Assembly: GCA_963665295.1 (NCBI GenBank)
Contig: OY762209.1
Span: 4,896,001 to 4,960,000 of the forward strand
From: Syntrophorhabdaceae bacterium
Lineage (GTDB): Bacteria > Desulfobacterota > Syntrophorhabdia > Syntrophorhabdales > Syntrophorhabdaceae
DNA length: 64,000 nucleotides
Direction of reading: 5' to 3'
The notes under the pieces are model-generated. The model did no database searches and was not told where the DNA came from. It saw only the letters and a program-made list of their open reading frames with translations. The stretch's first letter is position 1, and each line of letters starts with the position of its first letter. A program made the position numbers and the translations under genes. Of the stretch, positions 18,312-28,407 are shown one piece after another.

Positions 18312-20018
18312 ATGAGAACCACCAGGGTCACCCGGGAAAAGGGTTCACAAAAGTCGGAAGGGTTTGAGCCTCTCCACGCTGTTCGCCGGAATTCGCGAGG
18401 GCGTAAGGCAACGGTTATTGCCCCTGATGATTGCGTGGCCCTCATCAACAGAAATTACGTCTATGAATCTGCAAATGACGACTATTGCGGCACCCTCGGG
18501 AAGGCCAGAGAAGATGTTGTCAATAGTCCGGTAGCCGGTCTCTGGGGAAACAAAACCTTTGACGGGGTCATCAGGACATGTCTCGACAGGTGTTTTGCCG
18601 GCGAGAAAACCCAGCACAAAGGCTGGGTGGACCTTCCCGGACAGGGGCTCAGATACTATCATGTCTTCTACCGCCCGTACCGAAACGGGCAGGACGAGAT
18701 CACTCACGCCGCAGTTGCCTTACGGGACCTCACAGGACGGAAGAGCGAGGGAAAGGCACTCAAAAAGAGTGAGTCCCTTTTGAGGACGGCCCTCAAAAAC
18801 GTTCATTTCGGCGTCTACTCCTACGATCTGAAGGGACGGTTCACCTTTGTAAACGACGTGGTGGTGGAAGAGACAGGTTTTCCCAGGGAATGGTTCCTGG
18901 GAAAAAGCCTTTTCGATTTCGTGCGGTCCGAGGAAAGGGACGAGGTGCATGAGCATTTCGACACCTCCATTCGTGGAGCGCCGGTACCTCCCTATGAGTT
19001 TGCCTACCATAAGGCCTCGGGTGACGTGTCCTGGGTTCAGGTCCATACAACCCCCATGTGGGAGAAAGGACGCGTTATCGGGGTCCTTGGCGTGTTGTTG
19101 AATATCACCAGGCGCAAGAAATCCGAGTTGGCTCTCCGGGAAAGGGAGGAGACGTACAGGAGGCTTTTCGAGGATTCGAGGGACGCCATATTCGTCACCG
19201 ACAGGGACGGAAGGCTCACCGATGCGAACGCGGCGTTCCTGACCCTCTTCGGCTATGCGTCGGAGGAGATCATAGGACTCGACGCCGTCAATATGTATGT
19301 CGATCACGACGACAGGGAAGCCTGCGTAAGGATAATGAATGAAAATGAGTTTATAGAGGATTACCATCTAAAACTGAAGAGAAAGGACGGGACCGTGATG
19401 GACTGCCTCCTTACCGGAACCGCCCGACGCACGGACAGCGGAAGAATATTCGCCTATCAGGGCGGCGTAAAAGATGAATCAGGACAGAAGCGGGCGGAGG
19501 AAGCGCTCCATGACAGCGAGCAAAAGCTGCGATATGTGGTCGATGGCTCCCCTATCCCGCAGTTCGTTATCGACAAGACCCATACTGTGACCCATTGGAA
19601 CAGGGCCCTCGAAAAGTTCACCGGGATGAAAGCTGAAGAAATGCAGGGAACGAAGGGTCATTGGAGGGCGTTCTACCGTACGGAACGGCCGTGCATCGCG
19701 GATCTGCTTCTCGACGGGGCTGAAGCGCAGATATCCTACTGGTACGACGGCGATAGCAGTAAGGTTGAGACTGTGGGCGGAGAATACAAGGTCATCCATT
19801 TCTTCCCCGACCTCGGCGCGGGAGGAAAATGGCTTTATTGCACCACTGCGGTCATCAGGGATTCCAGGAACAATGTAATCGGCGCCGTGGAAACGTTGCA
19901 GGATATCACCGAGCACAGACTGGCGGAGGACATGATCCAGAGGACCGAGGAGAGGTGCCGTCGAATCCTGGAGGCGGTTTCGCGGAACCAGCCTGAACGC
20001 AAGGATATGGCCAGGTAG
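18312..20018 (+). CDS. Multi-PAS (S-box) protein without a recognisable output domain
   Basis: Four PAS/PAC repeats ending RDLT, LNIT, KDES, QDITE; no HisKA, GGDEF or HTH after them. Confidence 0.88.
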   Translation: MRTTRVTREKGSQKSEGFEPLHAVRRNSRGRKATVIAPDDCVALINRNYVYESANDDYCGTLGKAREDVVNSPVAGLWGNKTFDGVIRTCLDRCFAGEKTQHKGWVDLPGQGLRYYHVFYRPYRNGQDEITHAAVALRDLTGRKSEGKALKKSESLLRTALKNVHFGVYSYDLKGRFTFVNDVVVEETGFPREWFLGKSLFDFVRSEERDEVHEHFDTSIRGAPVPPYEFAYHKASGDVSWVQVHTTPMWEKGRVIGVLGVLLNITRRKKSELALREREETYRRLFEDSRDAIFVTDRDGRLTDANAAFLTLFGYASEEIIGLDAVNMYVDHDDREACVRIMNENEFIEDYHLKLKRKDGTVMDCLLTGTARRTDSGRIFAYQGGVKDESGQKRAEEALHDSEQKLRYVVDGSPIPQFVIDKTHTVTHWNRALEKFTGMKAEEMQGTKGHWRAFYRTERPCIADLLLDGAEAQISYWYDGDSSKVETVGGEYKVIHFFPDLGAGGKWLYCTTAVIRDSRNNVIGAVETLQDITEHRLAEDMIQRTEERCRRILEAVSRNQPERKDMAR

Positions 20019-20066
20019 ATGTTACGGACATGAGGCATGGGGCTCGTAGCCGGCGCCGGTAGCGTC

Positions 20067-21341
20067 TCAACGGCGGCGCCTGCGGCTCACCAGAAACGCA
20101 CCCCCGCCAAGCATGGCGAGGCTCACGCCCGTGCATCCGGCCATTACCCGGATCATAGGCATGACGGTCCCGTCATGAAGGAGGCTCACGAGGCCGGACG
20201 CCGAGGCTCCCGCGATCATCTGGATGCTCCCTATCATCGCCGAGGCACTCCCCGCGTTTCTCGTGAACGGCTGAAGAGCAAGGGCCATGGCGTTAGGATT
20301 GACGAAGCCGAAGAGAAAGAGATAGCAGAAGACAAGGGTTATTATCCCCGCTTCACCGGTAAACCCACCCGAGGGCCAGACCATGAGGACCGCCATGACG
20401 AGACATTGGGCTACTGTAACCCGGAGGAGGACTTCTGCGCTGCCCTGTCTCCTGAGCCAAAACCTGTTGAGTTGGCTCGAAGTAATGAGACCCACCGCGT
20501 TCGCTCCGTACATCCAGCCGAACCCTGTTTCCGTAAACCCGAAGAGATTCATATAGACAAAGGCGGAGCCGGAGATATACGCAAAGAACCCCGCCACTGC
20601 GGCGGCACTTGCCAGAGTGTAGGTGACGAAGGAAGGTTCCTTGAAAAGTCGGATATATTCCATTGCCATACTTCCTGGTCGAAGCGAAATCGAGGCGTCC
20701 GCTCCTTTGCTCTCCTGGAGGAACCGGCCGACTGCAAAGAGGACCGCCACTCCGATGGCCGCAAGGATAAGGAAGATGAAGCGCCACCCGAGACCCGCCA
20801 CCACCATCCCGCCTATGGTAGGGGCAATTATGGGGGATACGCCGAATACCATTACCAATGCGGCGAGCACACGGGCTATCTCACTGCCGGAAAAAAGATC
20901 GCGCACCACCGCCCGGCTTCCCGCCATGCCGACACAGGCGCCAAGGGCCAGAAAAAACCGCAGCACAACCAAAGTAAGTACGGACGGCGAGAGGGCGCAG
21001 CCGAGAGAAGCCGCGATATATACGATGAGGCCGAGCATGAGGGGCTTTTTCCGCCCGAAACGGTCCATCATGGGACCATAGGCGATCTGTCCCAGCGAGA
21101 TCCCCGCGAAATAGCTCGTGAGGGAGAGTCCCACGTGGGCAATGTCGGTGGAAAGGTTTGCCGCTATCGCGGGGAATCCGGGCAGATACATGTCCACGGA
21201 AAAGGGACCGATAGCCGAAAGAGCACCGAGGACTGCTATGATGATGCGATATTGCCTTCTCCCGATTGCAGGCTTCGGGTCTTCAGGCAAAACCGGTGGA
21301 ATGGAGGAATTCTTCCGCTTCTGGTCTTTCTCGCGAGGCAA
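20067..21341 (-). CDS. Bcr/CflA-family multidrug MFS transporter
   Basis: PFSVDMYLPGF, DRFGRKKP, ~12 TM. Confidence 0.92.
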   Translation of the reverse strand: MPREKDQKRKNSSIPPVLPEDPKPAIGRRQYRIIIAVLGALSAIGPFSVDMYLPGFPAIAANLSTDIAHVGLSLTSYFAGISLGQIAYGPMMDRFGRKKPLMLGLIVYIAASLGCALSPSVLTLVVLRFFLALGACVGMAGSRAVVRDLFSGSEIARVLAALVMVFGVSPIIAPTIGGMVVAGLGWRFIFLILAAIGVAVLFAVGRFLQESKGADASISLRPGSMAMEYIRLFKEPSFVTYTLASAAAVAGFFAYISGSAFVYMNLFGFTETGFGWMYGANAVGLITSSQLNRFWLRRQGSAEVLLRVTVAQCLVMAVLMVWPSGGFTGEAGIITLVFCYLFLFGFVNPNAMALALQPFTRNAGSASAMIGSIQMIAGASASGLVSLLHDGTVMPMIRVMAGCTGVSLAMLGGGAFLVSRRRRR

Positions 21342-21754
21342 CGCCGGAGTATCTCCTTTCCCGGAGCTTACAGGATCGATAGGGTCAACACAAGGGACCG
21401 GCGCCGTTCACCGGACCGGGCGCCATCGGTTCTTTTCGGGGAACCTGCGGGCAAAACGCGCCCACATGCAGTCTACGACAAACACCGGTTGCCTTTCAAC
21501 TGCAAATGGAATGTTCGGCGAGAATCGGCGGTTCTGCCACTTTTTTGTCGTACACCCCGTACCGAGTCGGCACAGTATCGAAGCCCTTCTCTCCTCCATC
21601 ACCCCATCTTCACCAGGGAAATGAAGACCCCCTGTCTCTTGGGTATACGATGGGCTAAAGTTATCATTTCGGTGATTTTGTTCAAAAAGGGGGTTGCCCT
21701 CTTTGCGTTTCTTTGCTAGCCTTTACAATAAGCCTTATCACGGGAGGATCATAG

Positions 21755-21970
21755 ATGATATCTAACGGCAGAGTAGCAAGAGTGACGGAAGTGGTAGCCG
21801 GTTCCACCAAGAGCTTTGATGACGCCGTTATGGTCGGTTTCAGAAGAGTATCCAAGACCCTAAGGGGCATTACGGGTTTGAAAGTAAAAGAGCAACGCTG
21901 CAGCGTGGTAGACGGGAAGATTACGGAATTCAGGGTCACCCTGGACGTGATCTTCGTCCTGGAGAACTAG
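21755..21970 (+). CDS. Dodecin-family protein
   Basis: VARVTEVVAGSTKSFDDAV...KTLRGI...EFRVTLDVIFVLE. Confidence 0.88.
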   Translation: MISNGRVARVTEVVAGSTKSFDDAVMVGFRRVSKTLRGITGLKVKEQRCSVVDGKITEFRVTLDVIFVLEN

Positions 21971-22266
21971 GTACGCAAATCGGTGCGCCGGTCTCCGTAT
22001 GATGAGATCATATCGCCGGCCGGCGCCGGGATAACCGCTGACCTACGCGGTCATTTGCGGGGCATGGGATAACCCGAACAAACCCCGAAGACGCGAGCCC
22101 CCGGGGAGGGGCCTGCCCCGTTTTTTCGGTTTCTTCACAGACTGCTTGCGGAAAACCCTGCCCTTATCCTGTAATTCCCTCCGGGGAGGGATGTTTGCCT
22201 CCCGGTCTCAATAAATTGAGACAATTGGTTGCGCCGGGTCGAATAGACGGCAGCGGGACACCCGCC

Positions 22267-22626
22267 TCACATGGGACTTTTGGGCTGCCAGAGGCCGAAG
22301 GAAGCGCCGGTGGGGTCTATGATCACGCTGAACCACCCCATGTCAGGAACCTCGGTGACATCCGTGACAACCCTTGCTCCGAGGGACGCCGCCTTCCTTG
22401 TCGATGCCGCCACATCGTCCACGAGTATATAGGGGAACCAGTTGTCGGAATCGTCGGGCATGGGGTTTTTCATGATTCCCCCTCCCGTCCCCTCTCCCAC
22501 GTTGATGATCGTATAGTCCATGCCGGGAAACTCCTCCATCTTCCAGTCAAACATAGTCGTGTAGAACTTCTTTGACTTGTCCACATCCCTGCTGTGCAGT
22601 TCGATATGAACGAACGGGTTTGCCAT
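22267..22626 (-). CDS. VOC/glyoxalase-family protein
   Basis: NPFVHIEL...FY..MFDW...YILVDDV...DPTGASFGLWQ. Confidence 0.92.
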   Translation of the reverse strand: MANPFVHIELHSRDVDKSKKFYTTMFDWKMEEFPGMDYTIINVGEGTGGGIMKNPMPDDSDNWFPYILVDDVAASTRKAASLGARVVTDVTEVPDMGWFSVIIDPTGASFGLWQPKSPM

Positions 22627-22868
22627 GCCGCACCTCCTTAAGGATATTATTATTGCTTCGCCGCGGTTCAGTTTTAAAGTTAAGAACGTCCATTCCTCTT
22701 GTCAAACGCGGGTGCAAGGCCGGACATAGGGAAATCCCCGTCTTCTTGACATCGGGCAGGACCCACCTTAAACTCGAAAAAGAGACTGGGCCTAACGCGG
22801 GTCCGGGCAGCAGCGACACAGACTCTTCGGAGGCATATGGAAAGAGATTATCGACCCAGGGCGGCCCC

Positions 22869-23525
22869 TTGACCACGCCCGGATTGGCCATCTTCAACGT
22901 GGCAGGGACTTTTGCCTATCTCGGCCTCGCCGTCCTCGGCGCGGGCGGGATCACGTCCTTCCTTTCGCATGGGGCCCTGATTGCCCTCGGGATTGTGCTT
23001 TTCGCCCTGTCGGGCGCAGGTCTCTTCAGCAGCGGGAACGTGAGTCCCGGTGAACAGGAAGACCGTTCCAACCGCTGGGTCATCGGGGCAGTAAGCCTGA
23101 TCGGCCTGCTCCTCGGCTATGTGCCCGCCTATACAGACCGGATAGGGTTCTTTGCCTTTGACGGGGATGTCCTTCGGTGGATCGGTGTCTTTCTCTTTGC
23201 CGCAGGCGGCATGCTGCGGATCTGGCCGGTCTTTGTCCTCGGCCGCCGGTTCAGCGGGCTGGTGGCCATCCAACCCGGCCATACCCTTGTCACCAGCGGC
23301 GTCTATGGCGTCATCCGCCACCCCAGTTACCTGGGCCTCCTCATCAACTCGCTGGGGTGGGCCCTCGCCTTCCGCTCCGGGGTGGGCACACTGCTCGCCG
23401 CACTCCTGATTCCGGTGCTCCTCGCACGGATCCATGCGGAAGAAAGGTTGCTCGCCGCCCGCTTCGGCGCTGAATACGACGCATACCGCGCCCGTACGTG
23501 GCGGCTTATTCCCCGTATCTATTAA
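22869..23525 (+). CDS. Isoprenylcysteine carboxyl methyltransferase (ICMT/Ste14) family membrane protein
   Basis: HTLVTSGVYGVIRHPSYLG, RIHAEERLL, YRARTWRLIP; TTG start inferred. Confidence 0.88.
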   Translation: MTTPGLAIFNVAGTFAYLGLAVLGAGGITSFLSHGALIALGIVLFALSGAGLFSSGNVSPGEQEDRSNRWVIGAVSLIGLLLGYVPAYTDRIGFFAFDGDVLRWIGVFLFAAGGMLRIWPVFVLGRRFSGLVAIQPGHTLVTSGVYGVIRHPSYLGLLINSLGWALAFRSGVGTLLAALLIPVLLARIHAEERLLAARFGAEYDAYRARTWRLIPRIY

Positions 23526-23593
23526 AGGGACGTTTCCCTGCCGGCCGGGTTTCAATGCTGCGCGAAATGTGGTATTTTGTGCGCGGAGGAAGC

Positions 23594-24409
23594 ATGGTAT
23601 CGGCTATCATCACTACCTATAATCGGCGGTCTTACCTTCGGGAGGCTGTGGATTCTGTGCTGGCCCAGGATTATGAGGACCTGGAAGTCATCGTTGTTGA
23701 CGACGGGTCTACGGACTGCCCTGAGGGGGAGTTAGCCGGACTTCCGGTGCGGTATGTCCGAAAGGAAAACGGAGGGATAAGCAGCGCCCGGAATCTCGGG
23801 ATTGAAGTCTCCACCGGGGAATACCTCGCCTTTCTTGATGTGGACGACCAATGGCTTAAAGGCAAGCTCTCCACTCAGATCACCTCCATGGAACGGGACG
23901 GATACCTCATATCGTACACCGACGAAATATGGGTCCGCAACGGGAAGAGGATCAACCAGAAACACCGGCATCGGAAATACTCGGGCTGGATTTTTTCCCG
24001 CTGCCTGCCTCTCTGCATCATCAGCCCCTCGTCCGTGGTGATAAAACGGGACGTATTCGATGTTACCGGACCCTTCGACGAAGACCTTCCCGTCTGTGAA
24101 GACTACGATATGTGGCTCAGGATCTGCTCCCGCTACCCCGTTCTCTTCATCGAAAAACCGCTCATCCTGAAGACGGGCGGCCACGACGACCAACTCTCGC
24201 GAAGGTACGAGGCCATGGATCGCTTCAGGATCAGAAGCCTTGTCAATATCCTGGACTCCGGCACCCTCCCCGACCCCATGGGCGACGCGGCCCTCAACGA
24301 ACTCGAAACCAAGTGCCGCATCTACGCCCTGGGCGCGGCAAAGCGGCAAAAGGCGGAAGACGCCGAATACTACCGCCGCCTCCCCGACCGGTTTCGCAGG
24401 AAATTATAG
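23594..24409 (+). CDS. Glycosyltransferase family 2
   Basis: VSAIITTYNR, VVDDGSTD, GISSARN, FLDVDD, CEDYDMWLR. Confidence 0.93.
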   Translation: MVSAIITTYNRRSYLREAVDSVLAQDYEDLEVIVVDDGSTDCPEGELAGLPVRYVRKENGGISSARNLGIEVSTGEYLAFLDVDDQWLKGKLSTQITSMERDGYLISYTDEIWVRNGKRINQKHRHRKYSGWIFSRCLPLCIISPSSVVIKRDVFDVTGPFDEDLPVCEDYDMWLRICSRYPVLFIEKPLILKTGGHDDQLSRRYEAMDRFRIRSLVNILDSGTLPDPMGDAALNELETKCRIYALGAAKRQKAEDAEYYRRLPDRFRRKL

Positions 24410-24444
24410 GATTTTACAGACTTTTTTGCGGACAAACGCCCGTA

Positions 24445-24852
24445 TCAGGGGTCTATTTTCCCTACGGGCCTCTTGAAAGTGTACTCAAAAGGATCGACTA
24501 TGAGGAACTTGAATACCTTGTCCTGGCTCCCCGAGGGCAGTGAAAAAGGCAGGGCGATGATACTTGCCGCGAGGCCTGCCACGCAGGCAATGAGCCCGGC
24601 GGGGCGGAGAATTATGACATCGTAAAAGACCGAGTCCCCTTCATCCGAATCGGTCATCTTCGCTGCAGGGAAATTACCGCGAGGCGCCTCTATGGCCTCA
24701 TCGTCCAGGGGCATGGGCGAGCCCTCCGGATAGCCCGAAGCGTTGCGGCCCGTGTCATAGGACCCGTTCCGTTCCTGACTTAGAGCCGACCCCCCGAAAA
24801 TGGTTACCGTGAGGAAAACGACACACAGCCCAAGAACGATATACTCTCTCAT
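24445..24852 (-). CDS. Hypothetical exported/membrane protein
   Basis: Signal peptide; D..ILRP.G...ALPF...YTF.RP.G C-terminal pattern. Confidence 0.75.
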   Translation of the reverse strand: MREYIVLGLCVVFLTVTIFGGSALSQERNGSYDTGRNASGYPEGSPMPLDDEAIEAPRGNFPAAKMTDSDEGDSVFYDVIILRPAGLIACVAGLAASIIALPFSLPSGSQDKVFKFLIVDPFEYTFKRPVGKIDP

Positions 24853-25115
24853 ACCCATCCTCCTATCGCAGCCTTCACGCTATTATCCTCCATGGGAGGA
24901 AGAATGTCAATCTTCATATATGAACCCAAACCTTCGGGAACTTCAATGACTAAGATCACTTGTCGGCCGGAGTTTCCCCCCTTCGACCGGACCGTCTCCC
25001 CGATCGTCGTTGCCGCGGGCCCTTGTTTTTCCTTGTGGCCCAGGACGTCCTGGTGTAATATGGAACATCGGCTCATGGGGTTTTCCTGACCGTGGGTCAG
25101 AAAACGGATTGGGGC

Positions 25116-26420
25116 ATGACCGGGAAAACCGCCAAAGAAAAACCCCGAACAGACTTGAGGTCCGCAGCCCGGGCCATGAAACATAAGAACTTCCGCCTCT
25201 TCTTCGGTGGGCAGTCCGTTTCCCTCATGGGTACCTGGATGCAGCACATCGCTATGAGCTGGCTCGTCTATCGCCTGACCGGATCGCCCTTCTATCTCGG
25301 TCTCATCGGCTTTACAGGCCAGATCCCCACATTCCTTCTCGCCTCCTTTGCGGGGGTCTTCGCCGACAGGTGGAATAGGCGCCGCCTTCTCGTCATTACC
25401 CAATCCCTCTCCATGGTTCAGGCTTTTCTCCTCGCCGCCCTCACCCTTACCGGCTACGCGGCAGTGTGGCACATCGTTGTCCTGAGCCTGTTCCTCGGCT
25501 GCGTAAATGCCTTCGATATTCCCATCCGCCAGTCCTTTTTCGTGGAAATCGTGGGGAGCAAGAAAGACCTGGGGAACGCCATTGCCCTCAACTCATTCAT
25601 GTTCAATGGGGCAAGGCTGGCCGGGCCCTCCATCGCGGGGTTTCTGATCGGGTTCTTCGGCGAAGGTCCGTGCTTTCTCATCAACGGATGCAGCTTTCTC
25701 GCCGTTATCGGGGCCCTGCTCCTTATGGACGTGCCGGGGAAGAAGAAAGTCGGGGCCCATCCCCCGGTCCTCACCGGGTTGAGGGAGGGATACAGATACG
25801 CCTTCGGGTCTCTGCCCATACGGCATATCCTCCTTTTCATCGCCCTCATAAGTCTCCTGGGTATGCCCTATTTCGTGCTCCTTCCCGTCTTTGCGAAGAA
25901 CATCCTTCACGGAGGGTCCCAAACGCTCGGTTTTCTCATGGGAGCCGCAGGTGCGGGAGCCCTTACCGGAGCCCTTTACCTCGCATCCAGGCGGACGGTC
26001 TTAGGTCTCGGCAGACTGATCGTCGTCGCGGCCCTCGTATTCGGCATAAGCCTTGTCCTCTTCTCCTTCTCCCGGCATGTCCTCCTCTCCGTGGCCCTCA
26101 TGTTTGCCACCGGATTCGGCGCATTGGTCCAGACCACCTCGTGTAACACTATTATCCAGACAATTGTGGACGAAGACAAGCGGGGACGCGTAGTGAGCCT
26201 TTATGCCACCGCGTTTATCGGCATAGCGCCCTTTGGGAACCTCCTGGCCGGCATTCTCGCGGATAATATGGGGGCGCCCATCACCCTCATGATGGGCGGC
26301 ATACTCTGCAGCCTGGGCGGACTGGTCTTCCTTGCCCGCCTCCCGGCCATTCGAAAAACCGTTCGCCCCATCTACACGAAACTGGGAATCATCCGCGAAA
26401 TACCTCCGGATGTTCAGTAG
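25116..26420 (+). CDS. MFS transporter (H+ antiporter / EntS-like)
   Basis: NFRLFFGGQSVS..GTWMQ, ADRWNRRR, RGRV; ~12 TM. Confidence 0.92.
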   Translation: MTGKTAKEKPRTDLRSAARAMKHKNFRLFFGGQSVSLMGTWMQHIAMSWLVYRLTGSPFYLGLIGFTGQIPTFLLASFAGVFADRWNRRRLLVITQSLSMVQAFLLAALTLTGYAAVWHIVVLSLFLGCVNAFDIPIRQSFFVEIVGSKKDLGNAIALNSFMFNGARLAGPSIAGFLIGFFGEGPCFLINGCSFLAVIGALLLMDVPGKKKVGAHPPVLTGLREGYRYAFGSLPIRHILLFIALISLLGMPYFVLLPVFAKNILHGGSQTLGFLMGAAGAGALTGALYLASRRTVLGLGRLIVVAALVFGISLVLFSFSRHVLLSVALMFATGFGALVQTTSCNTIIQTIVDEDKRGRVVSLYATAFIGIAPFGNLLAGILADNMGAPITLMMGGILCSLGGLVFLARLPAIRKTVRPIYTKLGIIREIPPDVQ

Positions 26421-26453
26421 GGGTCCACGAAAGTTCCCGCATCCGGGGTTTTG

Positions 26454-27890
26454 CTACCGGACCGTGACCTGAATCTGGCCCGAATTTCCGGACTTGCGGT
26501 CAACGGCAAGGACCGTAATCTGCTGCCTCGGCTGGAGCGTGTTGATCAACTCCAGGAAACCTTCAAGGCTCGACACGCCCTGACCGTTTATCTCAGCTAT
26601 CATATCACCTACCTCGAAGCCGGCCTGGCCGAGAGGTCCCGAGGGGTCGATCCATGTGACAGTCACCCCCTGACCCGCGGTGAGACCATATCGATCCGCT
26701 TCCTTGGGGGTCACAGGCCGCACTTCGGCGCCCAACCGCTGTTTGACCGATGACGCCAGGGCCTTGATCTCTTCCTTGAGGTTGCCGATACGGACCGTGA
26801 GATCCAGTTTCTTCCCGTTCCTCACGATAGTGACCTTCGATGCCGCACCTACGGTGGTATTTGCGATCTGGTTTCTCAGGGTGCCCGCGTCCGGGATCGG
26901 CTTGTTGTCAAGAGCGGTAACGATGTCGCCCTTCTTCATGCCGCCCTTGTCGGCAGGCCCACCCTTCACCACCGAGTCGATCACCGCGCCCTTTATCGCT
27001 TCCATCCCCGCCGACCTGGCGCGGTCCCGTGCCAGGTCCTGTATGGTGACGCCGAGCCATCCCCGCTCCACCTTACCGCGGGTGATGAGGGTCTTCGTGA
27101 TGTGAACGGCAATATTGCTGGGTATGGCAAAACCGATCCCCTCATACCCGCCCGATTCGGAGATAATGACGGCGTTCACACCTATCACTTCACCCTGGAG
27201 ATTGAGCAGGGGCCCACCACTGTTGCCCGGATTGATTGCCGCGTCGGTTTGGATGAAATCCTGATAGCTGCTTGGATCGGTAATGCCCATACGATGCTTC
27301 GCGCTGATGATTCCCTGGGTCACCGTCTGATCAAGGCCCCTGGGGTGGCCGATGGCGACTACCCATTCCCCGACCTCCATCTTGTCGGAATCGCCGAAGG
27401 CAACATACTGCAAAGGCTCCTGGGCCGATATCTTTATCACCGCAAGGTCCGTTTTGGGATCGCTCCCCACCAGCTTTGCAGGGTATTTCCTTCCGTTCGC
27501 GAGGAGCACCTCTATTTTGCTCGCGCCCCCGGCCACATGATAGTTGGTGAGGATATGGCCCTGAGCATCGATGATCATGCCTGTGCCCAATCCCCGCACC
27601 TCACGCCTGAACTTGCGGGGCGCCTTGGGGGTGCCGAAGAAATATCTGAAGAAAGGATCGTTTTCGAAGGGCGACATCTGGTTCGTGATCTGCTGGGTGC
27701 CCGTCACCTCTATGTGCACCACACTGGGGATGGCCCGCTTGGCCACCTGCACGATAGCCGTGCTCAGGTCGTAGGACCTCGCAGCCCCGCCGGAAGAAGG
27801 AGCGAAAAGGATAATGAGCAGGGAAACGGCAAGGAATGTCGCGCAGGAAAGGGGTGCACGAAAATGAAATCCGGCTTGTTGTTGAGACAT
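26454..27890 (-). CDS. Do/HtrA-family serine endopeptidase with two PDZ domains
   Basis: LTNYHV, DLAVIK, QTDAAINPGNSGG, RGWLGV; AGGAGG RBS. Confidence 0.95.
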   Translation of the reverse strand: MSQQQAGFHFRAPLSCATFLAVSLLIILFAPSSGGAARSYDLSTAIVQVAKRAIPSVVHIEVTGTQQITNQMSPFENDPFFRYFFGTPKAPRKFRREVRGLGTGMIIDAQGHILTNYHVAGGASKIEVLLANGRKYPAKLVGSDPKTDLAVIKISAQEPLQYVAFGDSDKMEVGEWVVAIGHPRGLDQTVTQGIISAKHRMGITDPSSYQDFIQTDAAINPGNSGGPLLNLQGEVIGVNAVIISESGGYEGIGFAIPSNIAVHITKTLITRGKVERGWLGVTIQDLARDRARSAGMEAIKGAVIDSVVKGGPADKGGMKKGDIVTALDNKPIPDAGTLRNQIANTTVGAASKVTIVRNGKKLDLTVRIGNLKEEIKALASSVKQRLGAEVRPVTPKEADRYGLTAGQGVTVTWIDPSGPLGQAGFEVGDMIAEINGQGVSSLEGFLELINTLQPRQQITVLAVDRKSGNSGQIQVTVR

Positions 27891-28019
27891 GAACGTCCTC
27901 CTTAACAGGGTTTTATTCAATATAATACCCAAGCCGCCTCTTTTCACCACTTTTGCCCTTCGGCCGGATCGTTTCCCCACAAAAATCCCGCAGGGAGGGT
28001 CTGTCTCCGCACAAAGGTG

Positions 28020-28382
28020 TCATTGCGCAAAAAAGATCATCTTTATGGCAACAACAAGGAGGGCTACACCGAAGATCCTCTCAAGGGCGATATCCGGCAG
28101 GAAATTGGCGATATTTGCTCCTATCAACCCGCCGAACAGGAAGCCTATACAGATATACGCCGTGATCCCGATATCCACGTAGCCGTGCTTGTAGTAGGTC
28201 CACGCGGCGAGGATGCCGATGGGCGGCACGAGAATGGCCAGAGTGGTGCCCTGTGCCTGATGTTGGGACATCTTGAAAAAGAAGACAAGGATGGGAACCA
28301 GCATTATTCCGCCGCCGATCCCGATGATCCCGCTCACCGTCCCTACCACAAGACCGAGGAGCACATAAAGAAGATTGTCCAT
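28020..28382 (-). CDS. TauE/SafE (TSUP) family half-size transporter
   Basis: GIIGIGGGIMLVP, SQHQAQGTTLA; 4 TM. Confidence 0.88.
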   Translation of the reverse strand: MDNLLYVLLGLVVGTVSGIIGIGGGIMLVPILVFFFKMSQHQAQGTTLAILVPPIGILAAWTYYKHGYVDIGITAYICIGFLFGGLIGANIANFLPDIALERIFGVALLVVAIKMIFFAQ

Positions 28383-28407
28383 TGTCCCACCTCCTTTTCG
28401 CGGACCC

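Noticed and set aside
21971..22266. Hairpin-rich spacer (ccggggagg/cctcccgg, gtctcaat/attgagac) as an ncRNA
   Set aside because: Short stems between convergent genes are compatible with terminators; no family consensus.
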